DNA from: Phycisphaerales bacterium
GTDB lineage: Bacteria > Planctomycetota > Phycisphaerae > Phycisphaerales > UBA1924
Assembly: GCA_026982335.1 (NCBI GenBank)
Contig: JALSHH010000044.1
Location: 85-64,084, forward strand
Direction: 5' to 3'
Length of the DNA stretch: 64,000 nucleotides
Of the stretch, positions 28,546 through 37,208 are shown in pieces. Made by a program: the position numbers and the translations under genes. Numbering within the stretch: position 1 is the stretch's first letter; the number at the start of each line of letters is the position of its first letter. The notes under the pieces are model-generated. The model saw only the letters and a program-made list of their open reading frames with translations. It had not been told where the DNA came from and ran no database searches.

Positions 28546-29430
28546 ATGGCACACAAGATCGTCCACACTCATCGCATATACTCCCCCATGCCTCACTGCA
28601 CCGTCCAAAGCTGGACCATCACCAATGAACGCGGGCTCGATTTGCTCGGCAATACCCATACCCCTGCCACCCCCCCAGCTGCATGCGTGATCCTCATGCA
28701 CGGATTCAAAGGGTACAAAGACTACGGGTTCATCCCGGTGCTTGCGCACGACCTGTGCGATGCGCAGATGGTGGTGCATCGATTCAATTTTTCAACCTCA
28801 GGGATGACCAACGCAATCGAAACCTTCGCTCGTCCGGATTTGTTCGCCCTCGATACTTGGAATCGCCAGGTCGAAGATGCAATGCGGGTGGTTCAAGCGG
28901 TGCACTCGGGCGAGATCGCAGGCAAAGGGTTGCCGATCTATCTTGTCGGCCACTCGCGAGGCGGCGCCACCGCCCTGCTCACTGCGGGCCGTTGTGGTGA
29001 TTCGTTGCATCTTGCCGGAATCGTCACGATCAATGCCGTCGATGATTGTTGTCGAATGTCACAAGATGAACAAGACGCGATGCTCGCGAGGGGGTATGCG
29101 ATGACACAGAGCGCGCGGACACACCAGAACCTGCGCATCGAGCGCAACTGGCTTCGAGAGCAACTCGATGCACCCGAGCGACATGATGTGCTTTTGCAAG
29201 CTTCAAAAATCACTTGCCCAGTGTGTGTGGTCCACAGCAGCAACGATCAAGCAGTCCATTCCAGCGCTGGACAGGCAATCGCCAAAGCGTGCAAGACGGA
29301 GCTGATTTGCCTCGCAGAAGGGAATCATGTGCTTAATATGCCCAACCCAAGCAGGGTGGATACTGACCGATCGGAGCAACTTCTCAAGGTAACAAGCACA
29401 ATTACCCGATTTATAGACGAACAGAGTTAG
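28546..29430 (+). CDS. Alpha/beta-fold hydrolase
   Basis: Nucleophile elbow GHSRGG, an earlier HGFKGYKDYG, and a C-terminal GNH consistent with a Ser-Asp-His fold. Confidence 0.75.
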   Translation: MAHKIVHTHRIYSPMPHCTVQSWTITNERGLDLLGNTHTPATPPAACVILMHGFKGYKDYGFIPVLAHDLCDAQMVVHRFNFSTSGMTNAIETFARPDLFALDTWNRQVEDAMRVVQAVHSGEIAGKGLPIYLVGHSRGGATALLTAGRCGDSLHLAGIVTINAVDDCCRMSQDEQDAMLARGYAMTQSARTHQNLRIERNWLREQLDAPERHDVLLQASKITCPVCVVHSSNDQAVHSSAGQAIAKACKTELICLAEGNHVLNMPNPSRVDTDRSEQLLKVTSTITRFIDEQS

Positions 29431-29488
29431 TTGTTACCCAACCTGCTCCGAGTTGACATCACACACTTTGGGAGACACAATTCGACAT

Positions 29489-30379
29489 ATGCACCCGATG
29501 CTGAATATCTCACTTGCCGGCTCGTTGATGATCTTGTGTTCATCTGCACATGCCCAGCAGATGAATATGGATCTTGATGACGATTTCGTACTCCCCTCGC
29601 CTGCACTCAACCATCCAATCTCTATTCTTGAAAAGGCACGCCCGCTGCTCGATCATTTCTCACTGAGCGAACTCAACGAGTTTCGCGTCGCGGGATTTGA
29701 TCCGTCTTGGATCAGGGATCGGTTTGTGCCCCCGAGCATTGACCCTCAGTTTTATCGCCGAACGGCCCAGAACATTTCGCCGCTCATGGTCGAATCATGG
29801 GCAGCGCACTACACCGATACGCAGGGGATGCAGATCAATGACTCAGTGCGTTTCTCTGTGGGACGAACAACCGAGCTGCGCGATGGAAATATCTCGGGCA
29901 ATGCGGGCATGATCAACACCGCCCCCGACAATGAGCACATCTCAAGCCTGACTCAATCCGAAGGCGAGTACGACATCTATGACTTGGCCCTCGAGTGGGA
30001 AGCGATCAATGCCGGGCCTGTCACCCTCTCGGTGCTCTCGGGGCTCAAAGCGATCGAAGCCAACATCGGTAAACGCGTCACCAAAGGCAACGATACCACC
30101 ATCGAACGCGTCAACCGCGTAGCAGCAGTTCCGATGATCGGTTCGGGGCTTCGCTGGAAGATCAGCGAATCATTCTCCTTTTCGGGCGCCGCCCTGACCC
30201 ATCCGACCCAGGCTGGCAATGCACTGATTGATTTCAACGCCTCGACCGACCTGAGGCTCTCGACCAATGTGATGTTCAGCGCGGGTTATCGCATGCTCCG
30301 ATCATCATTTGAAATCGGCGCAGTGGAGACCGATATCGACCAAAAAGGGCTCTTCGCCCGTATCGAAATCAGCTTCTAA
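29489..30379 (+). CDS. Putative outer-membrane beta-barrel protein
   Basis: Signal peptide ending SSAHAQQ, an alternating hydrophobic pattern toward the C-terminus, and a terminal aromatic residue (IEISF). Confidence 0.5.
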   Translation: MHPMLNISLAGSLMILCSSAHAQQMNMDLDDDFVLPSPALNHPISILEKARPLLDHFSLSELNEFRVAGFDPSWIRDRFVPPSIDPQFYRRTAQNISPLMVESWAAHYTDTQGMQINDSVRFSVGRTTELRDGNISGNAGMINTAPDNEHISSLTQSEGEYDIYDLALEWEAINAGPVTLSVLSGLKAIEANIGKRVTKGNDTTIERVNRVAAVPMIGSGLRWKISESFSFSGAALTHPTQAGNALIDFNASTDLRLSTNVMFSAGYRMLRSSFEIGAVETDIDQKGLFARIEISF

Positions 30380-30419
30380 CCCCAGCTTCTCACCCATCGC
30401 AAATGCCCCCCCGCCACAT

Positions 30420-31646
30420 TCACCCCATCATCTCGGCGAGGATATCGAGCCCTTGGGTCAGTTTGCCAAGCTCGGTGGCGAAGCTGATTCGAAAGTGGGT
30501 GTCGCGCCCCGAAAAGGCCCCCCCGGGAATCGTCAATAAGTTGCGCTCAATCGCCCGTTCAGCGAATGCCGTTCCGGTGATCCCCAAATGCTCGGGGACT
30601 TTGATAAAGGCATAGAACGCGCCACCGGGCGAAGCGATCTCAGTAAGCAAACCGAGCTTCTCAAGCACTAGGTCTCGTCGAGCTTGATATTCATCAACAA
30701 ACGACGACATATCCGTCTCGAAACAGGCCTCGACCCCGGCTTGTAAAGGCGCAGGTGCACACACAAAGGTATATTGCTGAAGCTTGGCCATCTGTTCGAC
30801 AACAGCCCGTGGGCCCGCAGCGTATCCCAATCGCCATCCCGTACACCCATAAGTTTTACCAAACCCGCGGATAAGCAGTACATCATCGTGGGCGCCTTCG
30901 ATGCGCGCAGGGCTTGGGCATCGCGCTTGGGACGCATCGCCAGCGCACGCATCGGTGGTGGCATCGGCGAAGGCAAACTCGTCGTAAATTTCATCGGCGA
31001 TCAACAACACGCCTTTGGATCGGCACAAATCGCGAAGCTTGATGCACTCGTCCTTGTTCATCACCACCCCGGCAGGATTCGAAGGCGTATTGAGAAGCAC
31101 GAACTTGGTTTTCCCATTGATCAAAGGCTCGATTCGCTCCGCGGTAAGCTTGAAATCGGGATAAGTATCAACCGTGACCGCTTTGGCTCCAACCAAGGTC
31201 GTCCAGTGCGGATACGCAACAAAGTAAGGATCAGGGATAATGCACTCGTCGCCAGGATTGAGCAAAGCCATGAAGGCCAAGACCAGCGCCCCCGAGGTGC
31301 CTGAGGTAATCATCGAAACTGGCCCCATGTGCCCCGGAGTATTGACGGTTCGGACATCCCATCCCAGATCATGCCCAAGCCAATCATTGACCTTGGCAAG
31401 GAGTGTCGGGAGCCCTTGGGTGAGGGTGTACCCGTTGAGGTGGTGGTCGATGGCGTTGATGGCTGCCCGGCGGATAGGCTCGGGGACGACAAAGTCAGGT
31501 TGACCAATCGAAAGATTGATCGGATCATCAAGAGTCGATGCCAAGGCAAAGATTCTGCGGATGCCCGATGCGTCGATGGCATGAGCGCGATCAGAGATCA
31601 TCGAATCGAGGTCAAACCCGTCGATCGGTGCTGGCGAAGTGGTCAT
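30420..31646 (-). CDS. Class I/II PLP-dependent aminotransferase
   Basis: 408 aa with INLSIGQPDF, NPSNPAG, LLIADEIYDEF and GFGKTYGCTGWRLGY (PLP-Lys region). Confidence 0.9.
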   Translation of the reverse strand: MTTSPAPIDGFDLDSMISDRAHAIDASGIRRIFALASTLDDPINLSIGQPDFVVPEPIRRAAINAIDHHLNGYTLTQGLPTLLAKVNDWLGHDLGWDVRTVNTPGHMGPVSMITSGTSGALVLAFMALLNPGDECIIPDPYFVAYPHWTTLVGAKAVTVDTYPDFKLTAERIEPLINGKTKFVLLNTPSNPAGVVMNKDECIKLRDLCRSKGVLLIADEIYDEFAFADATTDACAGDASQARCPSPARIEGAHDDVLLIRGFGKTYGCTGWRLGYAAGPRAVVEQMAKLQQYTFVCAPAPLQAGVEACFETDMSSFVDEYQARRDLVLEKLGLLTEIASPGGAFYAFIKVPEHLGITGTAFAERAIERNLLTIPGGAFSGRDTHFRISFATELGKLTQGLDILAEMMG

Positions 31647-31781
31647 GGGTCAAGCTCCAGTGCAATCAATGCAAAAACAGGCCCCGATGGAACACCGAGA
31701 CCTGTGATCTGTTCTCATGATCGTTCTCATGGGGCACAAGCTGCCGTCAGCCCTGCGATGGCAGAAGCTGTCGGGCAACGG

Positions 31782-31940
31782 CTACTCTTTGACCTTGGTT
31801 TTGGGCAAGCCGTGAACCGTGTCTTTGCCCTCGACGAACTTGCCTTCTTCCTTGAGCGCTGCAATGCGCTCGGTACGAGTCATCACATTACGAACGGTGG
31901 TCAGATTACCTTCAGTTTTGAGTGAAGCGTCAATGCTCAT
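31782..31940 (-). CDS. 52-aa 'small basic protein' family member (below the ORF-track cutoff)
   Basis: Hand translation gives MSIDASLKTEGNLTTVRNVMTRTERIAALKEEGKFVEGKDTVHGLPKTKVKE-stop. The pattern recalls the small basic protein family (TIGR04137, named from memory) of Planctomycetes/Verrucomicrobia. Confidence 0.65.
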   Translation of the reverse strand: MSIDASLKTEGNLTTVRNVMTRTERIAALKEEGKFVEGKDTVHGLPKTKVKE

Positions 31941-32039
31941 GGTGTACTCCAATTGGTCGCGTATCTTGCCTCAGGCTTTGCCTGTTGTTGCTTATCGCCG
32001 AAGGGGGCGTGTCTAGTTGATGGCCGAGTTTGGCCCGAT

Positions 32040-32939
32040 CTATGGGTTGTATTTTTCCCAGTTCGTCTGAGAAAAATCCGATCCCCCGCGTCGTTCACGC
32101 TGCCAGCGGGCACCGAGATTGGCGATCAGCCTTTGGTGCTCAGATCGTTCAACACTCATGGCACTCCACTGATTCCCCGGAATCGCAACTCCAAGTGAAT
32201 ACAGCCTATAGCGGGATGGATTGTTGGCGCTCGATGCGCGATTATCCACCACCGGCACCCCAATGACAGGGACAGAATGCAAATATAGAAACGAAATTGC
32301 GTCCGCAGCCTGCTCGGTATCGAGCGTCGCCAAGACGAGGTAGTTGAGCCCAGGCTCACGGGGATCAGTGTCGAGGAATCCCGATGGGCTCATCACCGCT
32401 GGTCCCGAAGAGGTCGATGCTTTCGGGGTGGTCGCCGGGGGGATTATTGTGGTCGCATTGGGTTGATCGGTGTCAACCTGAGGCTGATTCACTGCTGGGG
32501 TCGGTACCGTCGTTTCAACGGGTCGAACCACGGGTTGATCGCGGACATAAGGCTCGATCGCTTTCTTCCCCGCTGCATTGCCCCGCTGATATCCGATCGT
32601 CCACGCTGCAAGAATCAAAGCAAATCCAACCGCGATCAGTGTATAAAACATCGGCGAAGAAAGCCGAATCCCCGAATCATCAACCACCTCGTCATCGAGC
32701 ATCGCGGCTGCCGATCGCTCGGCCCGTGAGACACCACCCGAACTGTCCCACGCTGTCTGCTTGGTCGGCACATCAGGACCACCTTGGTCACCCGTTGCCG
32801 AGGAGGTTGCAGGGCGGGGCTGCGAGGGTGCAGGCGTCGGTTTGGGGGTGAGTTTGGGTGAAGACTGGGGGGCACTGGGATCTTCCCCACGCTCACGCAT
32901 AAGATCAAACAAAGGTGGCCCTGAACGACGATCGGTCAT
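32040..32939 (-). CDS. Hypothetical membrane-anchored protein with Pro/Thr/Ser-rich linkers
   Basis: The start is chosen at MTDRRSG (ATG 32939) to avoid overlap with the divergent ferredoxin gene. It has one TM helix (FYTLIAVGFALILAAW). The globular C-terminal domain is possibly SPOR-like, which is a weak call. Confidence 0.55.
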   Translation of the reverse strand: MTDRRSGPPLFDLMRERGEDPSAPQSSPKLTPKPTPAPSQPRPATSSATGDQGGPDVPTKQTAWDSSGGVSRAERSAAAMLDDEVVDDSGIRLSSPMFYTLIAVGFALILAAWTIGYQRGNAAGKKAIEPYVRDQPVVRPVETTVPTPAVNQPQVDTDQPNATTIIPPATTPKASTSSGPAVMSPSGFLDTDPREPGLNYLVLATLDTEQAADAISFLYLHSVPVIGVPVVDNRASSANNPSRYRLYSLGVAIPGNQWSAMSVERSEHQRLIANLGARWQRERRGGSDFSQTNWEKYNP

Positions 32940-33003
32940 ACACATATAGTATGCACGAAATCCTACGGCAATGTAGACCCCGCACACATACTTCATCCAC
33001 ACA

Positions 33004-33570
33004 ATGACGCTATACTCGGTTGATATGGCCATCAAAGAAGAAGACATCATCACGATCACCCCTCCCCCAATGACCGCCGCCGAGGCCATGTATATCCCGA
33101 GTATCGTCAAGGGATTTGGCACAACGATGCGGCATTTCTTCACCTCCTTCGGACAAGGACGCACCAGCCGAACCCTTCAATACCCCGAACAACGCCGAGA
33201 GGACTATTCCCCCGAACAAGGCGGAATAGAGTCCTCCAACTTCCGAGGTGTGCATCGACTCAACCGCGACAGCGCCGGACGCGTCAAATGCGTCGCCTGC
33301 ATGATGTGCCCCACCATCTGCCCCGCCAACTGCATTCATATCGAAGCGGCTCAGTCACCTTGGGATGATCGTGAGAAATATCCTGCCAAGTTTGAAATCG
33401 ACGAGCTCCGATGCATCTTCTGTGGCATGTGCGAAGAGGCATGTCCCGTCGATGCCATCGAGCTCACCCCGATGTACGACATTGTGGGCAAATCACGCCA
33501 AGAAATGGTCTTTGACAAGAACAAACTACTACATGTTTATGACATGACGATCGATCAGAAACCCATGTGA
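33004..33570 (+). CDS. NuoI-like 2x[4Fe-4S] ferredoxin subunit
   Basis: CVACMMCPTICP and CIFCGMCEEACP motifs with NuoI-like spacing and flanks (YPEQRR..., FEIDELRCIFCG). No other nuo genes are in the window. Confidence 0.75.
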   Translation: MTLYSVDMAIKEEDIITITPPPMTAAEAMYIPSIVKGFGTTMRHFFTSFGQGRTSRTLQYPEQRREDYSPEQGGIESSNFRGVHRLNRDSAGRVKCVACMMCPTICPANCIHIEAAQSPWDDREKYPAKFEIDELRCIFCGMCEEACPVDAIELTPMYDIVGKSRQEMVFDKNKLLHVYDMTIDQKPM

Positions 33571-33757
33571 GTACACTGGCCCGTACACTGGGGCACCAAA
33601 CTCCCCAAACCCAAAGAGCAAACAGACCAACGAACAGACCCAGTCCAATTGCTTCTTGGACTGGGCCTTGATTCGTATTCGGGATTCGTATTCGGAAATA
33701 CGGGTACACAAACACGGGTTCAGAGATGTATCTCCCGAAATTGATTGACGCATCATC

Positions 33758-33802
33758 GGTTGGTTTATCGACGGTTGGTTTATCGACGGTTGGTTTATCG
33801 AC
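33758..33802. repeat. 15-bp tandem repeat (GGTTGGTTTATCGAC)x3
   Basis: Read directly. The last copy overlaps the stop codon and final codons of the PEP-CTERM gene 33795..34343. Confidence 0.95.
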
Positions 33803-34343
33803 GCCGACGCGAAGCAACCAAACCACCCATCCCTAAGAGTGTCATCGCACCGGGAGCGGGAATAATCGTGAATCCGACACTGATCTTGTACGCGAAATTC
33901 TGCGAATGCCCCACGCCATCGGCCAGTTCATCAGTCCCCACAGAACCGGCACCTACGTCACCGAACCCTGAGAGTCCCATGTAGTAGGTTCCTGCTGTAA
34001 GGTTTGCAATCTGAATCGCAGGCATCAGGCCGATACCACTATCGTCATCAAACGCGATCACATCGCCACCGGCGGTAACAATCTGCATGATTCCATCAGC
34101 ACCAGAGGTCGCTGAGAAACCGGCAAAGAATGACAGCGAAGCCGAGTCATTGATTGTAAAACTGAACCAATCAACATCGTTGGTACCAATCACGCCATCA
34201 ATCGCAACCGTCCCGCCCGGAGCATTAAAAATACCAAGGTCATTGGCAGTGGCGAGCGTATTGTTGGATTCGCTCTCACTGATATACCCGGCATGACTCG
34301 AACTCACGAGCGCCAACGACACAATCAAAAAAGAACCTCTCAT
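33795..34343 (-). CDS. PEP-CTERM-anchored protein with PPC (pre-peptidase C-terminal)-like domain
   Basis: Signal peptide, then ESESNNTLATANDLG...NDVDWFSF...AGTYYMGLSGFGD, and the C-terminus IPAPGAMTLLGMGGLVASRRRR. Confidence 0.85.
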   Translation of the reverse strand: MRGSFLIVSLALVSSSHAGYISESESNNTLATANDLGIFNAPGGTVAIDGVIGTNDVDWFSFTINDSASLSFFAGFSATSGADGIMQIVTAGGDVIAFDDDSGIGLMPAIQIANLTAGTYYMGLSGFGDVGAGSVGTDELADGVGHSQNFAYKISVGFTIIPAPGAMTLLGMGGLVASRRRR

Positions 34344-34387
34344 TTTTCTTTTCTCCCTCCTGAAAAACAGTATTCGCCCCGTGGAAG

Positions 34388-34455
34388 TCCAATCCCACAG
34401 GCCGCCCTCTTCGGTACCTACTCCAATCCCACAGGCCGCCCTCTTCGGTACCTAC
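34388..34455. repeat. Perfect 34-bp tandem duplication in the leader/promoter region
   Basis: TCCAATCCCACAGGCCGCCCTCTTCGGTACCTAC occurs twice head to tail, 45-112 nt upstream of the ATG at 34343. Confidence 0.95.
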
Positions 34456-34518
34456 TCTACAGATTTTCAGCCTTTTTGGAAGAGAGAAAATAAAATGGCA
34501 CCAAAATTTACACCAAAA

Positions 34519-34555
34519 CCAACAAAAACACCCTGAACAAGGGTGTTTTTGTTGG
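34519..34555. terminator. Strong hairpin between the two PPC/PEP-CTERM paralogs
   Basis: CCAACAAAAACACCCT / AGGGTGTTTTTGTTGG forms a 16-bp perfect stem with a 5-nt loop, downstream of the stop at 34620. Confidence 0.65.
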
Positions 34556-34619
34556 TAATTTCATCGAAAAACTCGTCCCTTGGCCAGTCGAGGGGTTCAA
34601 AAACCTAGGGAATTGAAGG

Positions 34620-35168
34620 TCATTTTCGACGCCGACGGATCAACACGACCCCACCGAGCCCCAAAAGGGCCATGGAACCCGGAGCTGGAACCACCGAGAA
34701 TCCAAAGGTCAGCTTGTACCCGAAGTTCTCTTGGTGTCCGAGTCCGTCGGCAAGTTCATCTGACCCCACCGAGCTCGCATCGACATCGCCAAACCCGGAA
34801 AAGCCCATGTAGTAAGTTCCCGCAGCGAGGTTCTCGATCTGGATCGCAGGCATCAGCCCAACACCCGAATCGTCGTCGAAGGCAATCACATCGCCACCAG
34901 CGGTCACGATCTGCATCAGCCCGTTCCCATTGGCACCAAATGCACTAAACACGGAAAGTGAAGCAGTATCGGTGAGTGTAAACATAAACCAATCGACATC
35001 GTTGATGTCGAGCACGCCGTCAATCACTGCCGACCCGCCTGGGGCATCAAAGGAACCAATGTCATTGGCAAGCGCAAGGGTGTTGTTGTTTTCAGACTCG
35101 CTAAAGAACCCGGCCTGAGTCGAACCCGCCAAGGTCGCAATGACTGCGCAAAGGATTGTGTATTTCAT
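34620..35168 (-). CDS. PEP-CTERM-anchored PPC-like protein (tandem paralog)
   Basis: Collinear with the 33795..34343 product (ESENNNTLALANDIG...NDVDWFMF...AGTYYMGFSGFGD...VPAPGSMALLGLGGVVLIRRRRK). ATG 35168 is preceded by AGGAGGAG. Confidence 0.85.
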   Translation of the reverse strand: MKYTILCAVIATLAGSTQAGFFSESENNNTLALANDIGSFDAPGGSAVIDGVLDINDVDWFMFTLTDTASLSVFSAFGANGNGLMQIVTAGGDVIAFDDDSGVGLMPAIQIENLAAGTYYMGFSGFGDVDASSVGSDELADGLGHQENFGYKLTFGFSVVPAPGSMALLGLGGVVLIRRRRK

Positions 35169-35462
35169 ATCTTCTCCTCCTGAAGAATGGAGCAACGGTG
35201 AGGGGACACACCAAGTGCGTACACCCACATACACCATGCACCCAATTCCCCATTGCACCACCCAATTTGAGTTTTCTTTTGTAGAAAAGTTCTAACTCTT
35301 CGATGCCCTCGCGTGGTTGACAGGGTCGCTGCGAATATCGCCCAAATTCACATCAAAATTTCAACTGAGCTGGCATCTTGCCACAAATGGTGTATTTCTT
35401 CTATCGGACGCAGATTCTCTGCATTTCAACAGCATTTGGCGAGCAATCAGGAGGGTTTGATC

Positions 35463-36140
35463 ATGCTCATTCACAAAACCAAGACGAGTTGTCTAACACT
35501 TATCGGAACAATCGCAGTTGCATCCACCTGTGCGAGCGCTGGAATACTAACCCTAAATACCACTTTCGGTTTCACTGACCTCAATACGAGCTATGACGAT
35601 GCAACCGGACTCTACCTTGCCCAGTCGTCACTCAACACTTCCGGTGATGTCACCAACTGGGAAACGGCTCTTCCACTCAGTGCCGACTTCCTCGCCGGGC
35701 AGATCGGTGTGGGCAACGACGCCTTTGTCGAGTTTCGCATGAATCTTAACAACATCACCGGCACCTCCGCAGATGGAATCAACGGACGCCTCCTGATCCG
35801 TGATATCGACGGCGACAATTTCTCAGGAAGCTTCACCGGCACATGGAACTTCGTCGGTGGGTTCGGATTCTTTGATGGAATCATCAGTTCTGCCCTCTTC
35901 AATAACAATAACGGTGATGGCATCTTTGAGAGTACCAGTGCTGGCGATCAATTCGTAACTCCAAACCAAGGTCTCTCAGGTGCGATCAGTTTCCTGATTC
36001 AGATGCCTGATTGGTTCGATGCCGGCAGCTTTGAAGAACGCTCGTCGCAAGGCGATGGAATGCTATTTGTACCAACACCAGGGAGCTTCTCGTTGCTGGC
36101 CATTGGTGGGGTGTTCGCGTCGCGTCGGCGTCGTCGATGA
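35463..36140 (+). CDS. PEP-CTERM-anchored secreted protein
   Basis: Signal peptide MLIHKTKTSCLTLIGTIAVASTCASA and C-terminus VPTPGSFSLLAIGGVFASRRRRR. Confidence 0.8.
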   Translation: MLIHKTKTSCLTLIGTIAVASTCASAGILTLNTTFGFTDLNTSYDDATGLYLAQSSLNTSGDVTNWETALPLSADFLAGQIGVGNDAFVEFRMNLNNITGTSADGINGRLLIRDIDGDNFSGSFTGTWNFVGGFGFFDGIISSALFNNNNGDGIFESTSAGDQFVTPNQGLSGAISFLIQMPDWFDAGSFEERSSQGDGMLFVPTPGSFSLLAIGGVFASRRRRR

Positions 36141-36252
36141 TCCCTGATTCCTTTACTCTCCAGGGAACAACTCAGCCGTCCAAAGCACCCGTTGGACCTG
36201 TAAGACCCACAACTTGAACGCTCACACGAGTCGTGTGTGTGACGAATCAGAG

Positions 36253-36300
36253 AGAGGCCGCTCGGTGGGTGCAGAACCCGGCGGCCTCTTTCCTTATTTT
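36253..36300 (+). terminator. Rho-independent terminator
   Basis: AGAGGCCGC ... GCGGCCTCT followed by TTCCTTATTTT. Confidence 0.7.
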
Positions 36301-36367
36301 GTAGAAAACAAAGACACCGAAGCAATGGGCGATGGGCCTCACCAGAATCTTATTGGTATCATCTCAT

Positions 36368-36835
36368 ATGTCGAACCACGAATCCGACAACCCGCCTCAG
36401 TTTTTGATTGGCCCTGATATGCCAGCAGGCAGTACACCATCCGACCCGACATCATTGCTCAATCAGGCCCGTGATCGGATCCACGACGAGGACGCCAAGA
36501 ACAAAGAATCCGTCAAACTCGCCCGTCGATTGTTCATCGCGATGATCCTTATCGCGATCCTCGGCGTCGTCTTCTACATCATCCTCCCCTACTACGGCAT
36601 CCGACTCTCTCCCACCGTCCCCATCCTGAGTTTCCTCGCCATCTTCACCGGCGCGATTCTGACAGCGATCGAAGAAATGCGCGACAACAACACCCACGAT
36701 GGCGATGATGCATCAAGTTCGCGAGATTCGGAATATTACAATACCAGTTGCACCAACGATGGGTGCGCCACGGGCATGTGCCCCGGCCCGCGCCCGTTGC
36801 AGATGTTCAGAGAGAAGAAGCCTCCAAGAAATTGA
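36368..36835 (+). CDS. Hypothetical membrane protein
   Basis: ORF with two TM helices (LFIAMILIAILGVVFYIIL, ILSFLAIFTGAILTAI). No domain recognised. Confidence 0.5.
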   Translation: MSNHESDNPPQFLIGPDMPAGSTPSDPTSLLNQARDRIHDEDAKNKESVKLARRLFIAMILIAILGVVFYIILPYYGIRLSPTVPILSFLAIFTGAILTAIEEMRDNNTHDGDDASSSRDSEYYNTSCTNDGCATGMCPGPRPLQMFREKKPPRN

Positions 36836-36842
36836 TGAGGAT

Positions 36843-37196
36843 TCACCAAGTATCGGGGTTTTTGAGTCCGGTGTTGGTCAGTAGCCTCACCAGATTCACA
36901 GCTCCGACAGTTGCAAACACAGGCAAGATTGTCGCGACAACCCCGACCAAAGCATACCACATCATCATCGTATGGTACAAATCGTTCCGCTGTCGCCAAT
37001 TCTGGTACTCACCATATGCGTTGCGCTGGTCAAACTCAGGAAGTGTGTGGCGGGCCGCCTCGGCGATTCCGAACATCCAATATGCCATTCCGAGCGTCGC
37101 TGTAAAAAAGTTCGCCATCCCGATCACCAGCCCGAGCTGTTGCCCGCGTGTCTCACATTTCATCAAGATTGCATCTTTAAATACTCCAAGCCCCAT
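36843..37196 (-). CDS. Hypothetical small membrane protein
   Basis: 117-aa ORF with about three hydrophobic helices. No domain recognised. Confidence 0.45.
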   Translation of the reverse strand: MGLGVFKDAILMKCETRGQQLGLVIGMANFFTATLGMAYWMFGIAEAARHTLPEFDQRNAYGEYQNWRQRNDLYHTMMMWYALVGVVATILPVFATVGAVNLVRLLTNTGLKNPDTW

Positions 37197-37208
37197 CGCT
37201 TGCCCACC

